NCBI GenBank assembly: GCA_964016885.1
Contig: OZ024745.1
Location: forward strand, 11,036,001 to 11,100,000
Length of the DNA: 64,000 nt
Reading direction: 5' to 3'
From: Eledone cirrhosa
Taxonomy: Eukaryota
The notes beneath the pieces were generated by a model. That model was not told the origin of the DNA, did no database searches, and was given only the letters and a program-made list of their open reading frames with translations. The position numbers and the translations under genes were made by a program. Of this stretch, positions 25,601 to 38,104 are shown in pieces (the first letter of the stretch is position 1; the number at the start of each line of letters is the position of its first letter).

Positions 25601-28600
25601 ATTACCTGGAAGGACAGAGATCAGGGGCTAGATGTGAGTTGACTGGAAGGAAGGGAGAGGTAAATTATTACCTGGAAGGACAGAGATCAGGGGCTTGGTG
25701 TGAGTTTACTGGAAGGAAGAGGTAAAATATTACCTGGAAGGACAGAGATCAGGGGCTTGATGTGAGTTGACTGGAAGGAAGAGGTAAAATATTACCTGGA
25801 AGGACAGAGATCAGAGGCTTGATGTGAGTTGACTGGAAGGAAGGAAGAGGTAAATTATTACCTGGAAGGACAGAGATCAGGGGCTAGATGTGAGTTGACT
25901 GGAAGGAAGGAAGAGGTAAAATATTACCTGGAAGGACAGAGATCAGGGGCTTGATGTGAGTTGACTGGAAGGAAGGAAGTGGTAAAATATTACCTGGAAG
26001 GACAGAGATCAGGGGCTTGGTGTGAGTTTACTGGAAGGAAGAGGTAAAATATTACCTGGAAGGACAGAGATCAGGGGCTAGGTGTGAGTTGACTGGAAGG
26101 AAGAGGTAAAATATTACCTGGAAGGACAGAGATCAGGGGCTTGATGTGAGTTGACTGGAAGGAAGAGGTAAAATATTACCTGGAAGGACAGAGATCAGGG
26201 GCTTGGTGTGAGTTGACTGGAAGGAAGGAAGAGGTAAATTATTACCTGGAAGGACAGAGATCAGGGGCTAGATGTGAGTTGACTGGAAGGAAGGAAGAGG
26301 TAAAATATTACCTGGAAGGACAGAGATCAGGGGCTGGATGTGAGATGACTGGAAGGAAGGAAGAGGTAAAATATTACCTGGAAGGACAGAGATCAGGGGC
26401 TTGATGTGAGTTGACTGGAAGGAAGGAAGAGGTAAAATATTACCTGGAAGGACAGAGATCAGGCGCTTGATGTGAGTTGACTGGAAGGAAGGAAGAGGTA
26501 AAATATTACCTGGAAGGACAGAGATCAGGGGCTAGATGTGAGTTGACTGGAAGGAAGGAAGAGGTAAAATATTACCTGGAAGGACAGAGATCAGGGGCTA
26601 GATGTGAGTTGACTGGAAGGAAGGAAGAGGTAAATTATTACCTGGAAGGACAGAGATCAGGGGCTAGATGTGAGTTGACTGGAAGGAAGGAAGAGGTAAA
26701 ATATTACCTGGAAGGACAGAGATCAGGGGTTAGATGTGAGTTGACTGGAAGGAAGGAAGAGGTAAAATATTACCTGGAAGGACAGAGATCAGGGGCTGGA
26801 TGTGAGTTGACTGGAAGGAAGGAAGAGGTAAAATATTACCTGGAAGGACAGAGATCAGGGGCTAGATGTGAGTTGACTGGAAGGAAGGAAGAGGTAAAAT
26901 GTTACCTGGAAGGACAGAGATCAGGGGCTAGATGTGAGTTGACTGGAAGGAAGGAAGAGGTAAATTATTACCTGGAAGGACAGAGATCAGGGGCTAGATG
27001 TGAGTTGACTGGAAGGAAGAGGTAAAATATTACCTGGAAGGACAGAGATCAGGGGCTTGATGTGAGTTGACTGGAAGGAAGAGGTAAAATATTACCTGGA
27101 AGGACAGAGATCAGGGGCTTGATGTGAGTTGATTGGAAGGAAGGAAGGGGTAAAATATTACCTGGAAGGACAGAGATCAGCAGCTAGATGGGAGTTGATT
27201 GGAAGGAAGGAAGAGGTAAAATATTACCTGGAAGGACAGAGATCAGGGGCTTGATGTGAGTTGACTGGAAGGAAGAGGTAAAATATTACCTGGAAGGACA
27301 GAGATCAGGGGCTTGATGTGAGTTGACTGGAAGGAAGAGGTAAAATATTACCTGGAAGGACAGAGATCAGCAGCTAGATGGGAGTTGATTGGAAGGAAGG
27401 AAGAGGTAAAATATTACCTGGAAGGACAGAGATCAGGGGCTTGATGTGAGTTGACTGGAAGGAAGAGGTAAAATATTACCTGGAAGGACAGAGATCAGGG
27501 GCTTGATGTGAGTTGACTGGAAGGAAGTGGTAAAATATTACCTGGAAGGACAGAAATCAGGGGCTTGATGTGAGTTGACTGGAAGGAAGAGGTAAAATAT
27601 TACCTGGAAGGACAGAGATCAGGGGCTAGATGTGAGTTGACTGGAAGGAAGGAAGAGGTAAAATATTACCTGGAAGGACAGAGATCAGGGGCTGGATGTG
27701 AGTTGACTGGAAGGAAGGAAGAGGTAAAATATTACCTGGAAGGACAGAGATCAGGCGCTTGATGTGAGTTGACTGGAAGGAAGGAAGAGGTAAAATATTA
27801 CCTGGAAGGACAGAGATCAGGGGCTAGATGTGAGTTGACTGGAAGGAAGGAAGAGGTAAAATATTACCTGGAAGGACAGAGATCAGGGGCTAGATGTGAG
27901 TTGACTGGAATGAAGGAAGAGGTAAATTATTACCTGGAAGGACAGAGATCAGGGGCTAGATGTGAGTTGACTGGAAGGAAGGAAGAGGTAAAATATTACC
28001 TGGAAGGACAGAGATCAGGGGTTAGATGTGAGTTGACTGGAAGGAAGGAAGAGGTAAAATATTACCTGGAAGGACAGAGATCAGGGGCTGGATGTGAGTT
28101 GACTGGAAGGAAGGAAGAGGTAAAATATTACCTGGAAGGACAGAGATCAGGGGCTAGATGTGAGTTGACTGGAAGGAAGGAAGAGGTAAAATGTTACCTG
28201 GAAGGACAGAGATCAGGGGCTAGATGTGAGTTGACTGGAAGGAAGGAAGAGGTAAATTATTACCTGGAAGGACAGAGATCAGGGGCTAGATGTGAGTTGA
28301 CTGGAAGGAAGGAAGAGGTAAAATATTACCTGGAAGGACAGAGATCAGGGGCTGGATGTGAGTTGACTGGAAGGAAGGAAGAGGTAAAATATTACCTGGA
28401 AGGACAGAGATCAGGGGCTTGATGTGAGTTGACTGGAAGGAAGGAAGAGGTAAAATATTACCTGGAAGGACAGAGATCAGGCGCTTGATGTTAGTTGACT
28501 GGAAGGAAGGAAGAGGTAAAATATTACCTGGAAGGACAGAGATCAGGGGCTAGATGTGAGTTGACTGGAAGGAAGGAAGAGGTAAAATATTACAGGGGCT

Positions 28601-31600
28601 AGATGTGAGTTGACTGGAAGGAAGGAAGAGGTAAATTATTACCTGGAAGGACAGAGATCAGGGGCTAGATGTGAGTTGACTGGAAGGAAGGAAGAGGTAA
28701 AATATTACCTGGAAGGACAGAGATCAGGGGTTAGATGTGAGTTGACTGGAAGGAAGGAAGAGGTAAAATATTACCTGGAAGGACAGAGATCAGGGGCTGG
28801 ATGTGAGTTGACTGGAAGGAAGGAAGAGGTAAAATATTACCTGGAAGGACAGAGATCAGGGGCTAGATGTGAGTTGACTGGAAGGAAGGAAGAGGTAAAA
28901 TGTTACCTGGAAGGACAGAGATCAGGGGCTAGATGTGAGTTGACTGGAAGGAAGGAAGAGGTAAATTATTACCTGGAAGGACAGAGATCAGGGGCTAGAT
29001 GTGAGTTGACTGGAAGGAAGAGGTAAAATATTACCTGGAAGGACAGAGATCAGGGCCTTGATGTGAGTTGACTGGAAGGAAGAGGTAAAATATTACCTGG
29101 AAGGACAGAGATCAGGGGCTTGATGTGAGTTGACTGGAAGGAAGAGGTAAAATATTACCTGGAAGGACAGAGATCAGGGGCTTGATGTGAGTTGACTGGA
29201 AGGAAGAGGTAAAATATTACCTGGAAGGACAGAGATCAGCAGCTAGATGGGAGTTGATTGGAAGGAAGGAAGAGGTAAAATATTACCTGGAAGGACAGAG
29301 ATCAGGGGCTTGATGTGAGTTGACTGGAAGGAAGAGGTAAAATATTACCTGGAAGGACAGAGATCAGGGGCTTGATGTGAGTTGACTGGAAGGAAGAGGT
29401 AAAATATTACCTGGAAGGACAGAGATCAGGGGCTTGATGTGAGTTGACTGGAAGGAAGAGGTAAAATATTACCTGGAAGGACAGAGATCAGCAGCTAGAT
29501 GGGAGTTGATTGGAAGGAAGGAAGAGGTAAAATATTACCTGGAAGGACAGAGATCAGGGGCTTGATGTAAGTTGACTGGAAGGAAGAGGTAAAATATTAC
29601 CTGGAAGGACAGAGATCAGGGGCTTGATGTGAGTTGACTGGAAGGAAGAGGTAAAATATTACCTGGAAGGACAGAGATCAGGGGCTTGATGTGAGTTGAT
29701 TGGAAGGAAGGAAGAAGTAAAATATTACCTGGAAGGACAGAGATCAGGGGCTTGGTGTGAGTTGACTGGAAGGAAGGAAGAGGTAAAATATTACCTGGAA
29801 GGACAGAGATCAGGGGTTTGATGTGAGTTGACTGGAAGGAAGAGGTAAAATATTACCTGGAAAGACAGAGATCAGGGGCTTGATGTGAGTTGACTGGAAG
29901 GAAGAGGTAAAATATTACCTGGAAGGAGAGAGATCAGGGGCTTGGTGTGAGTTGACTGGAAGGAAGAGGTAAAATATTACCTGGAAGGACAGAGATCAGG
30001 GGCTTGGTGTGAGTTGACTGGAAGGAAGAGGTAAAATATTACCTGGAAGGACAGAGATCAGGGGCTTGATGTGAGTTGACTGGAAGGAAGAGGTAAAATT
30101 TTACCTGGAAGGACAGAGATCAGGGGCTTGGTGTGAGTTGACTGGAAGGAAGAGGTAAAATATTACCTGGAAGGACAGAGATCAGGGGCTTGATGTGAGT
30201 TGACTGGAAGGAAGAGGTAAAATATTACCTGGAAGGACAGAGATCAGGGGCTTGGTGTGAGTTGACTGGAAGGAAGAGGTAAAATATTACCTGGAAGGAC
30301 AGAGATCAGGGGCTTGATGTGAGTTGACTGGAAGGAAGGAAGAGGTAAAATATTACCTGGAAGGACAGAGATCAGGGGCTTGGTGTGACTTGATTGGAAG
30401 GAAGGAAGAGGTAAAATATTACCTGGAAGGACAGAGATCAGGGGCTAGATGTGAGTTGACTGGAAGGAAGAGGTAAAATATTACCTGGAAGGACAGAGAT
30501 CAGGGGCTAGGTGTGAGTTGACTGGAAGGAAGGAAGAGGTAAAATATTACCTGGAAGGACAGAGATCAGGGGCTTGGTGTGAGTTGACTGGAAGGAAGGA
30601 AGAGGTAAAATATTACCTGGAAGGACAGAGATCAGGGGCTAGAAGTGAGTTGATTGGAAGGAAGGAAGAGGTAAAATATTACCTTTAAGGACAGAGATCT
30701 GGGGCTTGATGTGAGTTGACTGGAAGGAAGAGGTAAAATATTACCTGGAAGGACAGAGATCAGGGGCTTGATGTGAGTTGACTGGAAGGAAGGAAGAGGT
30801 AAAATATTACCTGGAAGGACAGAGATCAGGGGCTTGATGTGAGTTGACTGGAAGGAAGGAAGAGGTAAAATATTACCTGGAAGGACAGAGAGCAGGGGCT
30901 AGGTGTGAGTTGACTGGAAGGAAGAGGTAAAATATTACCTGGAAGGACAGAGATCAGGGGCTAGGTGTGAGTTGACTGGAAGGAAGAGGTAAAATATTAC
31001 CTGGAAGGACAGAGATCAGGGGCTAGATGTGAGTTGACTGGAAGGAAGAGGTAAAATATTACCTGGAAGGACAGAGATCAGGGGCTTGATGTGAGTTGAC
31101 TGGAAGGAAGAGGTAAATTATTACCTGGAAGGACAGAGATCAGGGGCTGGATGTGAGTTGACTGGAAGGAAGGAAGTGGTAAAATATTACCTGGAAGGAC
31201 AGAGATCAGGGGCTAGGTGTGAGTTTACTGGAAGGAAGGAAGAGGTAAAATATTACCTGGAAGGACAGAGATCAGGGGCTAGATGTGAGTTGACTGGAAG
31301 GAAGAGGTAAAATATTACCTGGAAGGACAGAGATCAGGGGCTTGATGTGAGTTGACTGGAAGGAAGGAAGAGGTAAAATATTACCTGGAAGGACAGAGAT
31401 CAGGGGCTAGGTGTGAGTTGACTGGAAGGAAGAGGTAAAATATTACCTGGAAGGACAGAGATCAGGGGCTAGGTGTGAGTTGACTGGAAGGAAGAGGTAA
31501 AATATTACCTGGAAGGACAGAGATCAGGGGCTTGATGTGAGTTGACTGGAAGGAAGGAAGAGGTAAAATATTACCTGGAAGGACAGAGATCAGGGGCTGG

Positions 31601-34291
31601 ATGTGAGTTGACTGGAAGGAAGGAAGAGGTAAAATATTACCTGGAAGGACAGAGGTCAGGGGCTGGATGTGAGTTGACTGGAAGGAAGGAAGAGGTAAAA
31701 TATTACCTGGAAGGACAGAGATCAGGGGCTTGATGTGAGTTGACTGGAAGGAAGAGGTAAAATATTACCTGGAAGGACAGAGATCAGGGGCTAGGTGTGA
31801 GTTGACTGGAAGGAAGAGGTAAAATATTACCTGGAAGGACAGAGATCAGGGGCTAGGTGTGAGTTGACTGGAAGGAAGAGGTAAAATATTACCTGGAAGG
31901 ACAGAGATCAGGGGCTAGGTGTGAGTTGACTGGAAGGAAGAGGTAAAATATTACCTGGAAGGACAGAGATCAGGGGCTGGATGTGAGTTGACTGGAAGGA
32001 AGAGGTAAAATATTACCTGGAAGGACAGAGATCAGGGGCTTGATGTGAGTTGACTGGAAGGAAGAGGTAAAATATTACCTGGAAGGAGAGAGATCAGGGG
32101 CTTGGTGTGAGTTGACTGGAAGGAAGAGGTAAAATATTACCTGGAAGGACAGAGATCAGGGGCTTGGTGTGAGTTGACTGGAAGGAAGAGGTAAAATATT
32201 ACCTGGAAGGACAGAGATCAGGGGCTTGATGTGAGTTGACTGGAAGGAAGAGGTAAAATTTTACCTGGAAGGACAGAGATCAGGGGCTTGGTGTGAGTTG
32301 ACTGGAAGGAAGAGGTAAAATATTACCTGGAAGGACAGAGATCAGGGGCTTGATGTGAGTTGACTGGAAGGAAGAGGTAAAATATTACCTGGAAGGACAG
32401 AGATCAGGGGCTTGGTGTGAGTTGACTGGAAGGAAGAGGTAAAATATTACCTGGAAGGACAGAGATCAGGGGCTTGATGTGAGTTGACTGGAAGGAAGGA
32501 AGAGGTAAAATATTACCTGGAAGGACAGAGATCAGGGGCTTGGTGTGAGTTGACTGGAAGGAAGGAAGAGGTAAAATATTACCTGGAAGGACAGAGATCA
32601 GGGGCTAGAAGTGAGTTGATTGGAAGGAAGGAAGAGGTAAAATATTACCTAGAAGGACAGAGATCAGGGGCTTGGTGTGAGTTGACTGGAAGGAAGGAAG
32701 AGGTAAAATATTACCTGGAAGGACAGAGATCAGGGGCTAGAAGTGAGTTGATTGGAAGGAAGGAAGAGGTAAAATATTACCTTTAAGGACAGAGATCTGG
32801 GGCTTGATGTGAGTTGACTGGAAGGAAGAGGTAAAATATTACCTGGAAGGACAGAGATCAGGGGCTTGATGTGAGTTGACTGGAAGGAAGGAAGAGGTAA
32901 AATATTACCTGGAAGGACAGAGATCAGGGGCTTGATGTGAGTTGACTGGAAGGAAGGAAGAGGTAAAATATTACCTGGAAGGACAGAGAGCAGGGGCTAG
33001 GTGTGAGTTGACTGGAAGGAAGAGGTAAAATATTACCTGGAAGGACAGAGATCAGGGGCTAGGTGTGAGTTGACTGGAAGGAAGAGGTAAAATATTACCT
33101 GGAAGGACAGAGATCAGGGGCTAGATGTGAGTTGACTGGAAGGAAGAGGTAAAATATTACCTGGAAGGACAGAGATCAGGGGCTTGATGTGAGTTGACTG
33201 GAAGGAAGAGGTAAATTATTACCTGGAAGGACAGAGATCAGGGGCTGGATGTGAGTTGACTGGAAGGAAGGAAGTGGTAAAATATTACCTGGAAGGACAG
33301 AGATCAGGGGCTAGGTGTGAGTTTACTGGAAGGAAGGAAGAGGTAAAATATTACCTGGAAGGACAGAGATCAGGGGCTAGATGTGAGTTGACTGGAAGGA
33401 AGAGGTAAAATATTACCTGGAAGGACAGAGATCAGGGGCTTGATGTGAGTTGACTGGAAGGAAGGAAGAGGTAAAATATTACCTGGAAGGACAGAGATCA
33501 GGGGCTAGGTGTGAGTTGACTGGAAGGAAGAGGTAAAATATTACCTGGAAGGACAGAGATCAGGGGCTAGGTGTGAGTTGACTGGAAGGAAGAGGTAAAA
33601 TATTACCTGGAAGGACAGAGATCAGGGGCTTGATGTGAGTTGACTGGAAGGAAGGAAGAGGTAAAATATTACCTGGAAGGACAGAGATCAGGGGCTGGAT
33701 GTGAGTTGACTGGAAGGAAGGAAGAGGTAAAATATTACCTGGAAGGACAGAGGTCAGGGGCTGGATGTGAGTTGACTGGAAGGAAGGAAGAGGTAAAATA
33801 TTACCTGGAAGGACAGAGATCAGGGGCTTGATGTGAGTTGACTGGAAGGAAGAGGTAAAATATTACCTGGAAGGACAGAGATCAGGGGCTAGGTGTGAGT
33901 TGACTGGAAGGAAGAGGTAAAATATTACCTGGAAGGACAGAGATCAGGGGCTAGGTGTGAGTTGACTGGAAGGAAGAGGTAAAATATTACCTGGAAGGAC
34001 AGAGATCAGGGGCTAGGTGTGAGTTGACTGGAAGGAAGAGGTAAAATATTACCTGGAAGGACAGAGATCAGGGGCTGGATGTGAGTTGACTGGAAGGAAG
34101 AGGTAAAATATTACCTGGAAGGACAGAGATCAGGGGCTGGATGTGAGTTGACTGGAAGGAAGGAAGAGGTAAAATATTACTTGGAAGGACAGAGATCAGG
34201 GGCTTGGTGTGAGTTGACTGGAAGGAAGAGGTAAAATATTACTTGGAAGGACAGAGATCAGGGGCTGGATGTGAGTTGACTGGAAGGAAGA
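22670..34291. repeat. 66/62-bp minisatellite array (about 180 units), consensus GAGTTGACTGGAAGGAAGGAAGAGGTAAAATATTACCTGGAAGGACAGAGATCAGGGGCTAGATGT
   Basis: Directly visible. The 62-bp variant lacks one GGAA. Each unit has the hairpin AGGTAA-AATA-TTACCT. Confidence 0.99.
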
Positions 34292-34382
34292 GAAGATAGG
34301 AAGGAGGAAAAAGGGTGGATGAAAGTGAACAGGTGACAAATATTAAAATATGCTCCTCAGATCTCAACCATCTGCAATTTCG

Positions 34383-34431
<49 letters not shown>

Positions 34432-34512
34432 AGGATCGGAATTAGAGTATTCCGCAGTTCACAGTAATAATAATATTAGCTCAAAGAACAGAGAATTTTC
34501 AACTGACCTCAA

Positions 34513-34932
34513 ATACAAATATATGGCACAGAGAGAAGTGTGTTACAGAGTGAGATGTGTGTAAAGAATTATTACATGTGAGTTTAACCGTTACTGTATG
34601 GAAAACAACACCTACAGGTTAGCAATTAAATAGAAAGAACACTTAAGTCAGAATCAAATCTCCGAAGTAGAGTTTTAAATTACCAATCTTATATCTATAA
34701 GCTTGCTGATACGAATCTATTTCATTTCGCCATATTCGTATCAGCAAGCTTATAGTTATAAGGTTGGTAATTTAAAACTCTACTTCGGAGATTCGATTCT
34801 GACTTAAGTGTTCTTTCTATTTAATTGCTAACCTGTAGGTGTTGTTTTCCATACAGTAACGGTTAAACTCACATGTAATAATTCTTTACACACATCTCAC
34901 TGTGTCACACACTTCTCTCTGTGTCATATATT

Positions 34933-34937
<5 letters not shown>
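34513..34937. repeat. Long inverted repeat: 204-bp arms with 17-bp spacer
   Basis: Left arm 34513-34716 is the reverse complement of 34734-34937, with 6 mismatches and no indels by manual comparison. Confidence 0.97.
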
Positions 34938-35022
<85 letters not shown>

Positions 35023-35369
35023 TTATATATATGTATATATATATGTAGATAAATCTACCAAAAGTTTACGGTAGTGTCCAATCCGTATGAAGAACTCAAT
35101 GTAATCCGGATATCATGAAAAGAAGAGATGCATTCAAAAATCACTTTCGGTGAAAGATAAACGGAATACAGAGTCAAGATAAATTATTAAAAAAATAATG
35201 AATAAACAAAGAAACAGTTCCTTATATTAAACAAAAAAAGTTCATTATTTTACGATCGTTTCTAGGACATATATGTGTTAGAATTGGTATGTATATTCAA
35301 TATAGAGAGAGATTATATATATATATATAAAGAGAGAGGGAGAGAAAGAGAGAGAGAGAATATATATAT

Positions 35370-36725
35370 TTCCAGGTGACACAAATGTAAAGTATTTAAC
35401 CTGTAAAACCTTACTGGAGTGTTTCCGCCATGACACACTGCTCTTTCAGTTCTTAAGTACTTAAAAAATAAACAGAAGGAAATCTTTTACAGTCACTTCT
35501 AGGTGATCATCTTAGAATTTAGTGTTGGTATTTATGGCACGGTTGGAACTCAATATATGACACACTTCATTGCTGTCTCATTGTATGTTCTTCTGGTTTT
35601 TATAATTTTATAAATTTTTACCAATAGAGAGAGTCGGTTTCATTAGAATTTACACATCAACAAGTATGTATGTCTGCATGCGTGCGCATGTGTGTGCAGG
35701 TATGGATGTTACTGTATGTGTGGATGCATATGTTTTGAGTTGTATGTGTGCATGTGTATACGCTTTGTATCTGTACATGTGTATATGGAGTTATTAAATG
35801 CAGAATTTTTGGAATGTTTTACATATTTATATTGGTCAATTAATGGATTGTATTTGTCATTTCTTAACTAGTTATTGAGGCAGTTACTAACATATCCCAG
35901 AGCCCCAATAATCACAGGTATAAATCTGAAGGTGTAATCAGGGTGGAGTATCTGCAGATTTCTCATTAGTTCTGCATAAATATTCTCCTTTTCGCTAATC
36001 TTTGATATTATATTGGCATCTGCTGGGCAGCTAATTTCCACTACTGTGCATGCTTTCTTCTCCCTGTCCCATATCATAATATCTGGTCTGTTATGCCTGT
36101 ATTTTATTGGGGTTTTTACTAGAACATTCCACCAGTACTCTTTCATATTATGTATGTCTTCCACATTGCTGTAACTTTTAATATGTTTATTGTCGGGGCT
36201 GTCTTTTCTACGGATTGCATTGTACAATGTTTTGGCCACTACATCATGCCTCATAGGTAGTTAGTATCGCGATGACATCTTTGGACAGCTGCTTATGACA
36301 TGGGTGACATCTTCAAAGTTAATTCTGCAGCGTCTGCATTTGTTGTCACATCTAGGTGTTTTGCATGCATCCCTATCTCTTTTTGAATCAGGTATTTTGT
36401 ATTGATTTCCTGTTCTTGGATTGCAAAAGCATATCCTTCAAAATGGGAGCCAATATAGCGGTTGTTGGTCCAAGATAGACTACTTTCCTTATCTATATTA
36501 CTCTCACACTGGAGCTCCCTGGCAACATATCCTGGATTCACTGTGGGATTCATCATGCAGGGAGTATCTTTCAAGGAGTTCCTTCCCAACTCTCATGATC
36601 TTATCTGTCTCATGCAGACAGACTTGCTCAATAGATGGACTCCTATCCTTCGAGGTTCGTAGATGTTGTCGGAGGGATATGATGCGACATTCAAATGCTG
36701 TCTGGATTGATGTTGTACAAGAATA
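35370..36725 (-). mobile_element. 5'-truncated RLE-type (R4/Dong-like) non-LTR retrotransposon fragment A with probable 3' UTR
   Basis: SHFEGYAFAIQEQEINTKYL, CRRC..EDVTHVISSCP (CCHC), RHD, RPDIMIWD..VVEISCP..KENIY (PD-(D/E)xK nuclease), PVIIGALG. Contains stops and frameshifts. The extent of the 3' UTR (35370-35790) is uncertain. Confidence 0.88.
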
Positions 36726-36752
36726 GGCAAGGTTGTAAAAGAAAAGAAATTG

Positions 36753-38005
36753 TCATCCCTTGAATCGCAAGAATGTTTTGCAAATCTTGAAGGTGTCAGA
36801 TATCGCAGCTATTTGTAGTCTATGAATTAGGGAGCTGGGCTCTTTGTCCACAAATCCAAGTTCAGTTATACTTTGGTCCAAGCGGGTTGGTATATAACCT
36901 GTAGCTCCAATAATGATGGGTCTGAAGCTGAAGGTGTATCTTGGATACTGGATCTGCAAACTCCTCATCAATGGTCCGTAGATGTCCTCCTTCTCCTGTA
37001 TTTTTCTGACAACGTTTACATCAAGTGGGCAGCTGACCTCCACAACAGAACACGTTTTCAATGTGTGGTCCCAAACAACAATATCAGGCCGGTTGCGGTT
37101 TAATTTAGTGACCGATTTTATTTTCAGGTTCCACTAGTATCCTTTAGTGCCATCTATCTCAACATATTCCTCCTCATTTGTTTTTAATTTTGTTTTCCTT
37201 AGTGAATTCCAGATGGTACTAGCTGTCCCATTGTGTCTCATAGGGAGGTAGTAACAAGACAACATTCTTTCGCAGTTGGCAACAATGTGGCTAACATCTT
37301 CAATCTTTGTTTTACAAAGCCTACATTTATTGTCGACTGATGGCCCTCCTCTTTTGTGTAGCAGATATTTGGTAGGGATTTCTTATTCCTGTATTGCATA
37401 TAGATATCCTTCAAGGTGGGATGTTATAAACATACCAGGCTTTTTGAATGATTTATCCCCTCTATGGTCTGTGCTTTTCGTTGCAGGTATCCATGCACAA
37501 CTTTCTTTGTGAATTGGTCCATTTTTTTTACCTTCGAACACTGAATAGGATCTTCCAATTTCCCTGGGAGAGAGATTTATATCAGGCCTTATTCCATATC
37601 TCTCCTCCAGATCAGTGGCTATCCTAATGATATTATTTCCTTCCTGCTCCACCTAGGCGGTGAATTGGCAGTATCGGTAGAGGGTTGGACGCCATGCTTT
37701 CTAGCATAGTTACGTCCCTTTACGGTCTGAGTTCAAATCCTGCCAAGGTTAACTTTGCCTTTCATTACGGGGTCGATAAAATAAAGTACCAGTAATGTAC
37801 TGGATAATTGCTGGCCTTGTGCCTAAAGTAGAAACAATTATTTTCTTCCTGCTCATAAACCTGGCCAAGATGGCTGCTGACCTTCTTCTGTTGAAGATGT
37901 TGCTTCAGTGTTACTATCCGGGTCTCGTATGATGTTAATATGGACTTTAGACCCCGGCCACCTTCCTTGCGTGAGAAGTATAGACTATCTACATCACCCT
38001 TGATG
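36753..38005 (-). mobile_element. RLE-type (R4/Dong-like) LINE fragment B, interrupted by a SINE
   Basis: DVDSLYFSRKEGGRGL (post-RT), SHLEGYLYAIQE, CRLC..EDVSHIVANC, RHN, RPDIVVWD, VVEVSCP, PIIIGATG, ICKTFLRFKG*. Confidence 0.88.
37655..37836 (+). mobile_element. tRNA-derived SINE (Meta-domain-like family)
   Basis: A-box-like TGGCAGTATCGG, B-box GAGTTCAAATCC and body GCCTTTCA...GGGGTCGATAAAATAAAGTACC. Flanked by ATTATTT(C/T)CTTCCTGCTC on both sides. The family label is from memory. Confidence 0.85.
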
Positions 38006-38104
38006 TTAAATTTACTTCTCTGAGATAGAGAAAATTCTTCAGTTGTTGAATTCTTAGACACGTATTAACACAAGAAATATTGGTGGAACATTCCTTTGAG
38101 GAAG

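Noticed and set aside
22649-33831. 22-aa repeat ORFs (TGRKEEVKYYLEGQRSGARCEL)
   Set aside because: Frequent TGA variants and 4-bp deletions break the frame, so there is no sign of coding constraint.
22670-34291. CRISPR-like or ribozyme-bearing satellite
   Set aside because: No unique spacers and no cas genes in a eukaryotic context. The unit has CTGATCT rather than CTGANGA and lacks a matching GAAA core.
34292-34385. Possible minus-strand exon starting at ttgcag|ATGGTTG
   Set aside because: Two frames stop at once, and the third runs into the satellite and stops without a distinct unique donor.
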